A stretch of 64,000 nt of DNA, taken from an uncultured virus (IMG/VR IMGVR_UViG_3300021197_001482) (lineage: Duplodnaviria; Heunggongvirae; Uroviricota; Caudoviricetes). The position numbers were made by a program, and so were the translations under genes. Every line of letters starts with the position of its first letter. Within the stretch, counting starts at the first letter, position 1. The DNA lies in IMG/VR virus record IMGVR_UViG_3300021197_001482; one strand, written 5' to 3'. Below, piece by piece: positions 38,305 through 48,030 of this stretch. The notes under the pieces were generated by a model, which worked only from the letters and a program-made list of their open reading frames with translations, was not told the DNA's origin and did not search any database.

Positions 38305-39396
38305 GTGGCTTTCTTACCCATAGACTTCCCTCGTGAAGTCCTTGAATTACCGAGTAGCGGTGAGCGTGGTTGGCGAAGACTCGTCAAAAATGCCTCCGAG
38401 TTGGAACGCTACTGGTCGGGTAAGAACGGGAGTGGTAATGTTTACTTTACCGCTTATGGTTACAATGAAACCCAAGCACCCAAGCACCACAGGGTAGATT
38501 ACAACACACCTAAAATACACCACTTCGTACTGGACTTTGATTGTAAGGATTTCAAGGATAAAGGTAGAGACTTACCGTTTGAAATACCACACAGTGAGGT
38601 GAAAAAACTACATCGCTTGTTGATGGATAAAGACATACTACACTATGTTTGGTTTAGTGGTGGTGGCTTTCATGTTTGGGTTCCGCTTGATGAAACAATA
38701 GAGCCGAAAAACGGCGCAGAACTTTCACGCATAAAGCACTCCGGTAAACTACTCATCAATGAATGGGAAAGTAAACTGGGAGGGTTAAGGTGTAACGACC
38801 CTGCTGTTGCTTTCGATACAAGTGGTATGATTCGCATACCTAATTCATACAACGCCAAGCGAGAAGTTTGGTCGTTCCCTTTGAACAGCGAAGACATACT
38901 CAATCTATCGTATGATGATTTGATGAATAAAGGACAAGAACCACATTACGGTTACATTACTTTAGGTAAAATACCTGTTAAATTAAAAGTTATACAAAGT
39001 AAAATTATGACAATGGGGCATATCAAGACGGTGGATATACCGACTGTATCGCTTGATGACCTACACATGCTACCCTGCCTATCTCAAGCGGCTATGGGTG
39101 GCGGCAATCCTACTCACAGGGCGAGGTTTCACCTTGCCTCTTACTTAGCCGACCGGCTTCGCATGTTCTTTCCCGCTTGGCGTATAGCCAATGAAGAAAA
39201 AGAGAAGCATGTAGGTATGATTTCAAAAATTATATCCGGTCAAGGATGGGTTGACTACCGACAAGAGAAGACAGAAGAACAAGTACGCAGTATAGTGATG
39301 GCTGGTTATCCACACGCTACATGTGCTACTCTTTACCAAGAGGGATTCTGTGTGGGTAAGTGTAAATACTACGATGAAACCGGCGATATGGAGTGA
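38305..39396 (+). CDS. Archaeo-eukaryotic primase, PriS fused to a PriL C-terminal Fe-S domain
   Basis: LDFD, SGGGFHVW, RIPNSYN; LPCL, HRARFHLASYL, YPHATC..L...GFCVGKC. Confidence 0.85.
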   Translation: MAFLPIDFPREVLELPSSGERGWRRLVKNASELERYWSGKNGSGNVYFTAYGYNETQAPKHHRVDYNTPKIHHFVLDFDCKDFKDKGRDLPFEIPHSEVKKLHRLLMDKDILHYVWFSGGGFHVWVPLDETIEPKNGAELSRIKHSGKLLINEWESKLGGLRCNDPAVAFDTSGMIRIPNSYNAKREVWSFPLNSEDILNLSYDDLMNKGQEPHYGYITLGKIPVKLKVIQSKIMTMGHIKTVDIPTVSLDDLHMLPCLSQAAMGGGNPTHRARFHLASYLADRLRMFFPAWRIANEEKEKHVGMISKIISGQGWVDYRQEKTEEQVRSIVMAGYPHATCATLYQEGFCVGKCKYYDETGDME

Positions 39397-39400
39397 TATT

Positions 39401-39703
39401 ATGAGCAACATATTCGACGCACATGACGATAAAATTAAGCCTAAAAAAAGACGCAACATTAACACAATTAAAAGAGTTGTTAAATTACTTCAAGACGAAT
39501 GTGAAATGAACACTATTGAGATTCATCAAGCATTACATCGAACATGGCCTCGGTGGTGTCCGGGTATGACTCGTTTAGGTAACATTCTAAGTCGTAACAA
39601 AGAGTTCGTAAAAATAGGTAGTGAAAAGGTATCAAGTGGTGTATCGGGTCATTATGACATCATGGTGTGGGGGTTGGCAAATGAAGCCGGACTTGATAAT
39701 TGA
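39401..39703 (+). CDS. Winged-helix DNA-binding protein (DUF3860-like)
   Basis: MNTIEIHQAL...MTRLGNILSRNKEFVKIG...VWGL. Confidence 0.55.
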   Translation: MSNIFDAHDDKIKPKKRRNINTIKRVVKLLQDECEMNTIEIHQALHRTWPRWCPGMTRLGNILSRNKEFVKIGSEKVSSGVSGHYDIMVWGLANEAGLDN

Positions 39704-40376
39704 TAGCAACGAAAGAGGTTCACTGTGTGAATCTATTGAGCGTAAAGCGAAGAAGGCCGGTCTTACTGTCGTAAGACAAACATTGGTGGTAGGCGACTAT
39801 CAATTAGGCGGTGCTTTAGTTGAGGCTAAAAGTATTCCCGACCTGTTTCAGTCGTCACACTCCGGCCACCTGTGGAGACAACTCGACAATATGGATGCGA
39901 ACTTTGAACGGTTCTTTCTTGTCATACACGGCTCGATAGAAAAGTATGTTACTATGGCAAAACGCAACGGTAAGAAGGTAAGTTACTCCAAGGTGCAAAG
40001 TGAACTGACGGGTACTATCGCTCGCATAATGAGTGATTTTGAATGCCAAGTTTTCTTCACACCCGATGTAAGTAGTGCGGCTCTTTTCATAGTAAAATTA
40101 CACGACAAGTTACACAAACCAGCGAGCAAGCATGGGGCGCAATCAATCCGCAGGGTAGCAAGTAACGACTTACGCTTGGACATGATAATGACTGTTCCGG
40201 GTGTAGGGCGTGAAGTAGCGGAACGCCTCTTAGAATCATGCGGTAACATAGAAGAAATGTGCTTTCCCGAATCACTTAAGCAAATCAAAGGCTTAGGCGA
40301 AGTAAGAAGAAAATTACTTATTAAAATACTTACAAGTGAAGACCCTGTAAAGCAAGAAAGAAAGGTCAAACGGTAA
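39681..40376 (+). CDS. ERCC4/XPF-family structure-specific nuclease with HhH motifs
   Basis: IIDSNE, GDY, VEAKS..DL..S, VPGVG and IKGLG HhH motifs. Confidence 0.85.
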   Translation: MKPDLIIDSNERGSLCESIERKAKKAGLTVVRQTLVVGDYQLGGALVEAKSIPDLFQSSHSGHLWRQLDNMDANFERFFLVIHGSIEKYVTMAKRNGKKVSYSKVQSELTGTIARIMSDFECQVFFTPDVSSAALFIVKLHDKLHKPASKHGAQSIRRVASNDLRLDMIMTVPGVGREVAERLLESCGNIEEMCFPESLKQIKGLGEVRRKLLIKILTSEDPVKQERKVKR

Positions 40377-40401
40377 AATGATATATAAATACTAAAAGAA
40401 A
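40376..40401 (+). promoter_or_regulatory. Viral promoter repeat, copy 11
   Basis: AAATGATATATAAATACTAAAAGAAA. Confidence 0.8.
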
Positions 40402-40407
40402 TGAGAG

Positions 40408-41817
40408 ATGAAAACCATGACACAATTATCAAATTACAAGGCCGTACAAAAGTTTCCTGTTCTTGAAGGGTATTTACACCACTTTTCACGAACCTCGATG
40501 ATGAATGAGATTCCGGGCTTACTGTCTTTCTTTTTCATTCAAGGGCAAGTGGCTCTACCTTACATTCGCATTCCTACTGGTGATTCTCACCTTGACCCTC
40601 GTGTGCATGTATTTTGGATTCAACCTTCTCGTACTGGTAAGTCCATAGCATGGAACTTTATTAGTGACATTATGGAACAAATCGAAGTACCTTATGATTC
40701 GTTTGCTTCGGGTACAGATGCAGGTTTGATTGGTTCTACCAATGCGGTGCTTGATGAAAACATGAAACCTACGGGTGAGTTTGAAACTGTTCCGGGTTTA
40801 CTTGCAGGTCGCAAGGCTATCAATTTCGATGAAGGGTCAATCCTTCTTACTCCTAATAAGCACAGCCAAGAAACAGTATTGTATCTACAGACAGCGTGTA
40901 ACGCAGTAGGTAGCAACAGCAATGTACTGGTAAAGCACATGAAGGGGAATAAAATTGAGTGTGATTCTTTAGTGTCTCTTTGGATTACTACCTATCCACC
41001 GAAGGGTGTCAAGGACTATGTATTAACAAAGGGTATTTTTCAGCGTGTCCTGCTTTACTGGGCGCACTGGGACATGGGTATGCGACAAGAAGTGAGTACT
41101 ACCCGTCTTGGAACCTTTTGGCAGAAGCCCGAAGAGAACGATTTGTCTAAGGATGATATTTGCGATTACTTCAAGAATACAGAAAAGCGTATTCGTGACC
41201 GTTTGCTCAACATGAGCGAAGTAACATTCACACAGTGGGGTGAAATGACTGATGATGAGCGAGAAGAAATCGTACAGCGTCACATGTGGGATATGTTCAA
41301 ACCAAGTTTGAATTACACTACTGCGTTGTACCAAGCATCCGAAGACATCTACGGTTTACTGATGGACATGAACCCATCTATGTCGGAGATTGTAGCATCA
41401 TTCACGCCCGGTATTGAGAACTACCTCGGTATCATCTCACTTCACATGGCACTGCTTGATGAGTCATGGGAGATTAACGATGAGCATGTAGATATGGCTC
41501 ACGAGATACTGATTGACTTGTTTCAAAACCTCATCTCTTGGCTTGAGGATTCAGTTGAAATCGGTGGTAACAAAGCCAAAGAAGGTAAAATCCTCGATGA
41601 CATGCAGAAAGCATACAAGCAATGTGCGGGTTACGAACTTGAAGGTCACGGCGATGGTTGGTGCAGACAATCAGCCGTATGGAATACATACATGGCTGAT
41701 ACAGGTGTAAGTAAAAGCACAGCCCAAAGACACTTTAAAGACTACAGTAGTAAGGTATTTGTAAACCGTAAACAGGGTAAGCGGGTTTACTACAGACATA
41801 AGGTGGCTAAGAAATGA
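40408..41817 (+). CDS. Divergent MCM-like AAA+ helicase with C-terminal winged helix
   Basis: HVFWIQPSRTGKS, TDAGLIGS, PGLL, INFDEG, FQR. Confidence 0.65.
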   Translation: MKTMTQLSNYKAVQKFPVLEGYLHHFSRTSMMNEIPGLLSFFFIQGQVALPYIRIPTGDSHLDPRVHVFWIQPSRTGKSIAWNFISDIMEQIEVPYDSFASGTDAGLIGSTNAVLDENMKPTGEFETVPGLLAGRKAINFDEGSILLTPNKHSQETVLYLQTACNAVGSNSNVLVKHMKGNKIECDSLVSLWITTYPPKGVKDYVLTKGIFQRVLLYWAHWDMGMRQEVSTTRLGTFWQKPEENDLSKDDICDYFKNTEKRIRDRLLNMSEVTFTQWGEMTDDEREEIVQRHMWDMFKPSLNYTTALYQASEDIYGLLMDMNPSMSEIVASFTPGIENYLGIISLHMALLDESWEINDEHVDMAHEILIDLFQNLISWLEDSVEIGGNKAKEGKILDDMQKAYKQCAGYELEGHGDGWCRQSAVWNTYMADTGVSKSTAQRHFKDYSSKVFVNRKQGKRVYYRHKVAKK

Positions 41818-42419
41818 GTGACATAATGGCATTGGATATTGAAACAGGTAACTACTCGTGGGAAATCGGAGGATGGGATAAGACCGCCTCCTTTGAGCCT
41901 ACAGTGGTTGCTACATGGAACGGCAACGATGGGACAGTGTATTGTAACAAGTCACTTGACATTGATGCCACAGTGAAAGAACTTCACCCTCGTACACTGG
42001 GTGAGGACTTAGCAAAGCATGTTGCTGGCGGTGGCGTTGTCATCGGTCATAACATCAAAGGATTCGATTTACCTGTACTGCGTGATGCACTTGACTGTTG
42101 GACAGCCGGTGACATACTCGGTAAAGCCGATGCGGTCATTGACACGAAGCACTTGGTACAGAAGGCGGCAACTGCCGTTGGTAAGGTATCAACAACACTG
42201 GGAATGCTGACAAAGACCACTTTAGAGGACAATAAACTTATGAACAGTGAGGATGCCCCCTTAGCATGGAGAGCAGGTAAGTTTGACGAGGTAGCAAAAT
42301 ACTGCCTTAGCGATGCTCAATTAACATTCGACTTGTATCAATTTGGAAAGAGTGAAGGCTATATCAAATCAAGACAATTAGATACAGGCGAAATAGTAAA
42401 AATAGAAGTGGAATGGTAG
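41814..42419 (+). CDS. DnaQ/RNase H-like 3'-5' exonuclease
   Basis: [23 protein letters not shown]. Confidence 0.8.
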   Translation: MSDIMALDIETGNYSWEIGGWDKTASFEPTVVATWNGNDGTVYCNKSLDIDATVKELHPRTLGEDLAKHVAGGGVVIGHNIKGFDLPVLRDALDCWTAGDILGKADAVIDTKHLVQKAATAVGKVSTTLGMLTKTTLEDNKLMNSEDAPLAWRAGKFDEVAKYCLSDAQLTFDLYQFGKSEGYIKSRQLDTGEIVKIEVEW

Positions 42420-42421
42420 AC

Positions 42422-43924
42422 ATGACGGAGATTGAAAGTACAAAAAGTAAAGCACAGATACACAACATACGGGCGGCAAAGACGGTAGCAGATACCGTCA
42501 AATCAACGCTTGGCCCTATGGGAATGGACAAACTGATGGTTGATGGTGGAGGCGGTGTTATCGTTACAAACGATGGTGCTACTATCCTGCGTGAACTTGA
42601 TGTATCACACCCCGGTGGTAAAATGATTGTTGAAGTAGCAAAGACTCAAGAAAACCTGTGCTATGACGGTACAACGAGTACTGTCATTCTTGCAGGTCAA
42701 CTTCTTGGTAACAGTGAAACGCTGTTTGAGAAGGGATTGCACCCTAATGTGATTTGCCGTGGTTATCACGAGGCATCTCAAATGGCTATTGAATACCTTC
42801 GTACCAACATATCACTGACAAGTGATAAGCGTGATGTACTGGTATCGGTGGCTAAAACTGCTATCACTGGTAAAGCACTTGAAAACTCACTTAATGCTGT
42901 TGCTGAACTTTGCGTAGCCGCTGTTGAAAAAGCCGGTGATGCTGAAAGCGTCAAGGTTGTTTCATTCCCCGGTGGCTCGCTTGATGACTCCTACCTTTAC
43001 GAAGGTTCGATTGTAAACAAGGACTATGTGCTTGAAGGTAAGGATGCTTACTATAATGTAGTGTTGTTGAATACCGGTCTTGAGAATGAAAAGAGTGAAG
43101 ACAATGTACAGGTACAACTTGATGCTCAATCATTCCAATCATACAAATCATCGGGTAAGGCAAACCTCATCTCAACGGCTAAATTACTTGTGAAAGCATT
43201 ACCGAATGGTGGTGTTGTTTTTGTCCGTGATGCGGTCAACGACCATGTATGCGCTCATCTCAAGAAGCATAACATCATGGTCGCTCGTAGAGTACCCGAA
43301 TCAACACTACGCTCATTGAGTAGAGTTACAGGTGCTACTATCTATCAAACACCCGAAGAGGTAGAAGGACACACAGAATGTACCGTAGAGCGACAGAAGC
43401 ACAACGATGTTTGGTATCTCTTCGTTCAAGGTGATGTCAAGAGTGATGAGGCAACACTCGTGCTAAGGGGTGCAACCTCTCACACGCTTGAAGAAGTTGA
43501 GCGTGGGTTTGATGATGCACTCGGTGTAGTTTCTTTAGTGTTAAAGAACGGCAACTTTGTTGTTGGTGGTGGAAACGCATACGCTCGTATGTCGGCTCAC
43601 CTACGCCAACATGCGGCACAGATAGGTGGTAGAGCGCAGATGGCAATAGAAGCCTTTGCAGACGCATTAGAGTGTATTCCTGCCACTATTGCCGAGAATG
43701 CGGGGCATGACCCACTCGACACCGTACTTGCTATTCGCCATGAAATCCTACAGGGCAACCGTGAAATCGGACCGGATGTACATAACGGAGGCGTATGTAA
43801 TATGATGGAACTTGGTGTTTACGAACCTACGGAACTGGTTCGTCAAGCAGTATTAAGTGCGAGTGAAGTCACTAATTCAATACTCCGTATTGATGACATT
43901 ATAGCAAGAAGGCAAGCCCAATGA
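42422..43924 (+). CDS. ths: Group II chaperonin (thermosome subunit)
   Basis: [37 protein letters not shown]. Confidence 0.95.
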   Translation: MTEIESTKSKAQIHNIRAAKTVADTVKSTLGPMGMDKLMVDGGGGVIVTNDGATILRELDVSHPGGKMIVEVAKTQENLCYDGTTSTVILAGQLLGNSETLFEKGLHPNVICRGYHEASQMAIEYLRTNISLTSDKRDVLVSVAKTAITGKALENSLNAVAELCVAAVEKAGDAESVKVVSFPGGSLDDSYLYEGSIVNKDYVLEGKDAYYNVVLLNTGLENEKSEDNVQVQLDAQSFQSYKSSGKANLISTAKLLVKALPNGGVVFVRDAVNDHVCAHLKKHNIMVARRVPESTLRSLSRVTGATIYQTPEEVEGHTECTVERQKHNDVWYLFVQGDVKSDEATLVLRGATSHTLEEVERGFDDALGVVSLVLKNGNFVVGGGNAYARMSAHLRQHAAQIGGRAQMAIEAFADALECIPATIAENAGHDPLDTVLAIRHEILQGNREIGPDVHNGGVCNMMELGVYEPTELVRQAVLSASEVTNSILRIDDIIARRQAQ

Positions 43925-44040
43925 AGAAGAGATTTATTTGCGTATTTTGCGATGAAAGAGTTTCAACTCTTGTTGACGGCGATTTTTGCGAGGCTTGTTA
44001 CGATGGGGCGGTTATTAGAAAAATTAAAGGTAAAGTGTAG
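43921..44040 (+). CDS. 39-aa Zn-finger microprotein (not in the ORF track)
   Basis: ATGA overlap with the thermosome stop; [39 protein letters not shown]. Confidence 0.5.
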   Translation: MKKRFICVFCDERVSTLVDGDFCEACYDGAVIRKIKGKV

Positions 44041-44188
44041 GGCTTGCGCCCATTGGCACATAGCCCGACGCATATCGGCTCGATTCCTTGATGATGAGCG
44101 TGAGCGTTTCTTACTACTACAATGTAGGCGATGCGGTCATTATTGGCAAGACACGGCAATTAAGAAAAATAACAGTGAAAGTAAATGA
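44003..44188 (+). CDS. TFIIS/TFS-like Zn-ribbon protein
   Basis: CRAC-x25-CRRCGHYW with an acidic DDE in the hairpin. Confidence 0.5.
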   Translation: MGRLLEKLKVKCRACAHWHIARRISARFLDDERERFLLLQCRRCGHYWQDTAIKKNNSESK

Positions 44189-44231
44189 AAATAATTTTCT
44201 TTCTTCTATTTTGAATCGCCCTATAATCACA

Positions 44232-45134
44232 TCAAAAGGTATATCTACAAACTATTGGGCCTGTACTGCTAAGAGCATCAGCATGAACCGGCGCAACAAA
44301 TAATTTTGTTCCATCGGAGTTCCAATCAAAACCTCCAATAAAAGTAGATTGCGTTGAAGAAAGTTGCCCTACATCATCATTAACGCTCATTGAACGAGTG
44401 AATGAAGCAGTTGATACATTAAAACCAGTGCTAAGGTCAAACTCGGCTATTTTAGGATGATTTGCACTTGCCGAAGCAGGATTACCTGCCGAGTTTCTGT
44501 AAGAGATAAACATTTTAGTTCCGGCAGGATTGAATCGAATACCAGTATAGTTGGTTATATTGTCGCCGTCATCATCTGTGGTTGAACTCAAATTAGCAGT
44601 TGATTTACTACCCGCACTTAAATCCCATGCGGTGTTTAGAGTAAGCGTAATTACTGAACTACCATCTGCTACAAACAATTTAGTTCCTGTGTCGTTAAAC
44701 GCTAAACCCTGCGCCCCCGAACTATACAAAGAAGAATTGACAGTTTGGGTTGAACCAGTAGTACCAATATCATATGCCGTTGAAAGAGCATAACGCACGA
44801 TATTAGTAGAAGCATTTGTTCCACCAATATAGATATAATTTCCGCTATCACCAAACACTATTGCTCTACTGCTATTGTTACCTATATTAAGTGTATCATC
44901 TGCTGATGAAAAACTGGGAACGGCACTATCATCAAAACTATATGACTTAATAGATGATGACGAATAAACTGCTAAAAGTAGTTCATCCGGCCCATTTACT
45001 AATTCAGTAAGGACAGTACCAGTTGCCGAACCAGTGCTTGAAAGTGCAAGACCATCTAAAGTATAAGCGGGTGCTGTTGTAGCATTAGCCTTTTGTTCAG
45101 CACAAGAACCTGCAATAGCATTATACAAACTCAT
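44232..45134 (-). CDS. Beta-propeller repeat protein, probable receptor-binding/tail-associated
   Basis: Repeats of the type FNxxGTK(L/M)F...LSTA(Y/W)D(I/L). Confidence 0.7.
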   Translation of the reverse strand: MSLYNAIAGSCAEQKANATTAPAYTLDGLALSSTGSATGTVLTELVNGPDELLLAVYSSSSIKSYSFDDSAVPSFSSADDTLNIGNNSSRAIVFGDSGNYIYIGGTNASTNIVRYALSTAYDIGTTGSTQTVNSSLYSSGAQGLAFNDTGTKLFVADGSSVITLTLNTAWDLSAGSKSTANLSSTTDDDGDNITNYTGIRFNPAGTKMFISYRNSAGNPASASANHPKIAEFDLSTGFNVSTASFTRSMSVNDDVGQLSSTQSTFIGGFDWNSDGTKLFVAPVHADALSSTGPIVCRYTF

Positions 45135-47683
45135 ACCCCCAAAACAACATAATCAGTTCCAGTTGAAATACAAGTAACACCATTACGAGCCGCAACAGCA
45201 ATATCAGTTTGCGCCCCGTTCATGTTATCACCACTACTACTATTCGTTCCAGTTCGTAGTGTAAAACCATTACCGTCATTATTGATAATAGTAAAATGGA
45301 CACCTGCACCTTGATTGTCGGGGATTGTAATAACAATACTACTCCCTGTAACAAAAACATAGTTACCTGCATGGGTGGCTTCGGATAAAGTAGTAGAAGC
45401 AGTTAAAGCGACAACAGGTAGTCTCCTTGAAACAAAAGTTTTACCTGTGGCAACAGTAACGCTACCCGCTAATGCGAGAGTTGCTTCTCCTTCAACTGCG
45501 GATATTGCATCGGAATCGGCATAGGCAGTAGCACTTGCGGCAATACCGTTCAACTTACTGTGGTCTGCGTCAGTAAATACATTGGAGTCCGTTGCCGCTT
45601 CAACAGCCGCCCTTATCTCCGCATCCGTTTGGTCGGCGGTTGCTGACGCTTCGATAGCATCCAATTTGTTTTTGAGAGTGGTAGTGAAGTTCTTTTGAGT
45701 AAGCCCGCCATCTCCAACTGTATATGTCGTGTTGGTGTCCGTTGCACTAATTGTACCATCGCCCGCAATAGCCACATTCGTTCCCGCAGTTAAAGCGGCG
45801 ACAACATTCGTAGTATCAGTCACATCTGCTGATGCCTCTATACCGTTCAATTTAGTATGGTCTGCATCTGTAAACACATTTGAATCGCTTGCCGCTTCTA
45901 CTGCGGCTCGGATTTCAGCATTGGATTGGTCGGCGGTTGCACTGGCCTCTATACCATTCAATTTACTGTGGTCTGCATCAGTGAATACATTAGAATCAGT
46001 TGCCGCTTCTACTGCGGCTCGGATTTCAGCATTGGATTGGTCGGCGGTTGCACTGGCCTCTATACCGTTCAATTTAGTATGGTCTGCATCTGTAAACACA
46101 TTTGAATCGCTTGCCGCCTCAACCGCCGCCCTTATTTCTGCATCGGTTTGGTCTGCCGTTGCGCTTGCTTCTATAGCGTTTAATTTACTGTGGTCGGCAT
46201 TAGTAAAATCATTAGTTGTTAAAGAACCATCAGCAACTCCAAGTAAAGTTCGCAGGTTTGCCGCCGTTAATTCAGCAGGGGCCGCCGCACTCCCACTTAT
46301 GTTTCCTAATACTCTATCATCAGCGATGTTTGCTATCTTAGCAAGGGTGACATTGGAGTTGGCTATTGCCGCTGTCTTTACTTCACCAGCACCTATCTGT
46401 TCTTCTTCTATTGCATCAGCGGCAATGTGTTCTGTATCTACAGCACCGTCAGCAATCTTAGCCGAAGTCACAGCATCAGCGGCTATCTGTGGAGTATCAA
46501 TAGTATCATCAAACAGAAGTGCAAAGGTTGGGTAAGAGGCATGACTTGTAGTGCATATAAAACTCGCAAAGGTAGCAGGTGCAATTTCATAATAAGAAGC
46601 CATCGTGCTTGAGGCTGATGAGGTGAGTGCAAATCGCACATAATCATCAGTGTCCAAGTTTCTAATGTATATGATATATCCAGCAGGGAACGAGCCGTTT
46701 GTTATCACATTTGTACTCGCAGTAGGGGTGAGGATGAGTGCATTAGCATCGGTTGATTTAATTGTTATAGTTGCATCAGCACTGGTTAATACACGGTCGA
46801 AGACTGAGCGGGTGAATCGTGCGGCGTGTGTACCGCTGTAATACAATACATCTTTGTTGTCATCGGGTACAGTGCTACCGGTCACAGCCGCACCGAATGA
46901 TTGCCACATTGCACCAAAGCGTGATGCACCTAAAGCACCATTACCTATCCCACTATGAAAAGCGTCAAGGTCAAGCAGTTCATCGGTTGATGCTACATCA
47001 CCACTTGTTACTGGTGAAAAATACATAGGCGATGGTCGGATGAACACACGCTTGTCATTTACTTCTGTGATTACCAACTTAAGGTCATCACCTCCGCTTG
47101 CAAATGCAACACGCAATACAGCAAGAACGACTGTTTGAGTGTTTGCTAATGCGCTACTACCTGTTGCAGTAGGTGTGTTAAGGAATGAAGTAGGAGTAGC
47201 AGGGTAACTGTTTGTACCGGCAGTAGTAGCAGTTCCCAATTCCCAATAAATATTTTTAACAGTAGAAGTATTATCAGCGGAAACATACACTACAACTAAT
47301 GCTTCTTTACCACTGGTAAGAGCAGTAGGCGAGCCAGCCGCACTTGCACTACTTGTGTTAAGAGTGTAAGTTGTTGTTGCACCTACACCACCTGCGAACT
47401 CATACATGATACCATCAAGTACAGCATAACCTCCTTTTACAGTAAAAGTAGTTCCACTTGCGTAGTTGACAGCACCGGGTATATTTGCAGGAATGTTTCT
47501 ATCACCTTCACCACCCGATGTATCATCGTACATGATGACACCATTACCATGAATACCCTCAACCATGTTGGTGAGTGTGGGTGACAGGATATGGTCGCCA
47601 TCACCTAAACCATCAACATTCGTTGCTGTCGCCACTGTTAAGTTATGATTTGTATGCCCCGAAGTTGGATTACCGTTTCCCAT
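45131..47683 (-). CDS. Tail fibre protein
   Basis: IADxAVTxAK repeats, 37-aa KLNGIEASATADQ repeats, C-terminal beta-sandwich-like tip. Confidence 0.8.
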   Translation of the reverse strand: MGNGNPTSGHTNHNLTVATATNVDGLGDGDHILSPTLTNMVEGIHGNGVIMYDDTSGGEGDRNIPANIPGAVNYASGTTFTVKGGYAVLDGIMYEFAGGVGATTTYTLNTSSASAAGSPTALTSGKEALVVVYVSADNTSTVKNIYWELGTATTAGTNSYPATPTSFLNTPTATGSSALANTQTVVLAVLRVAFASGGDDLKLVITEVNDKRVFIRPSPMYFSPVTSGDVASTDELLDLDAFHSGIGNGALGASRFGAMWQSFGAAVTGSTVPDDNKDVLYYSGTHAARFTRSVFDRVLTSADATITIKSTDANALILTPTASTNVITNGSFPAGYIIYIRNLDTDDYVRFALTSSASSTMASYYEIAPATFASFICTTSHASYPTFALLFDDTIDTPQIAADAVTSAKIADGAVDTEHIAADAIEEEQIGAGEVKTAAIANSNVTLAKIANIADDRVLGNISGSAAAPAELTAANLRTLLGVADGSLTTNDFTNADHSKLNAIEASATADQTDAEIRAAVEAASDSNVFTDADHTKLNGIEASATADQSNAEIRAAVEAATDSNVFTDADHSKLNGIEASATADQSNAEIRAAVEAASDSNVFTDADHTKLNGIEASADVTDTTNVVAALTAGTNVAIAGDGTISATDTNTTYTVGDGGLTQKNFTTTLKNKLDAIEASATADQTDAEIRAAVEAATDSNVFTDADHSKLNGIAASATAYADSDAISAVEGEATLALAGSVTVATGKTFVSRRLPVVALTASTTLSEATHAGNYVFVTGSSIVITIPDNQGAGVHFTIINNDGNGFTLRTGTNSSSGDNMNGAQTDIAVAARNGVTCISTGTDYVVLGV
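45545..46205 (-). repeat. 111-bp (37-aa) coding tandem repeats, three in tandem plus one displaced copy
   Basis: IEASATADQ(T/S)(D/N)AEIRAAVEAA(S/T)DSNVFTDADH(T/S)KLNG. Confidence 0.9.
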
Positions 47684-47684
47684 T

Positions 47685-48029
47685 CTATGCCACCTCTATG
47701 AGTATTTCAATGTTAATTTCATTTGCCGATGTCTTGATAATCGGTTTTGTCGTATAACGAGCGACAGGTGTGAAGTCGGAGGTGGTGCGATTCTGTATGT
47801 ACACCTCACGGATGCTATCAGTGAATGTGTTATCAATACTCATTGATGCCTCGATGAGTAGAGCAGTGTCGTCAATAATCGTCACTGTTGGCGTGAGAAC
47901 GATTGCAGGGCGACCCGCCGCACCATCCTCCGCAGTAGCCGGTGTTCCGTCGAAACCTACCACTACTTCGTTGATTGTATCAGCGATAGTTTGTAGAAGC
48001 AAACGGCGTATGTGATTTGATACAGGCAT
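47685..48029 (-). CDS. Probable baseplate/tail-fibre attachment protein
   Basis: Start MPVSNH after GGAGA; IREVYI...VARYT pattern; tail context. Confidence 0.5.
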   Translation of the reverse strand: MPVSNHIRRLLLQTIADTINEVVVGFDGTPATAEDGAAGRPAIVLTPTVTIIDDTALLIEASMSIDNTFTDSIREVYIQNRTTSDFTPVARYTTKPIIKTSANEINIEILIEVA

Positions 48030-48030
48030 G

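Noticed and set aside
4221..40401. Recurrent 30-36-bp repeat plus a Cas4-like gene as a CRISPR system
   Set aside because: Copies are hundreds to thousands of bases apart, separated by genes, contain a TATA box and precede start codons; no cas1/cas2 seen; solo Cas4-like nucleases are common in archaeal viruses.
33087..41817. Inteins or introns in PolB, primase or the MCM-like gene
   Set aside because: Protein lengths are compact and I saw no intein splice-junction or homing-endonuclease motifs.
45729..46535. 268-aa plus-strand ORF with repeats
   Set aside because: Antisense of the Ala/Asp-rich tail-fibre repeats.
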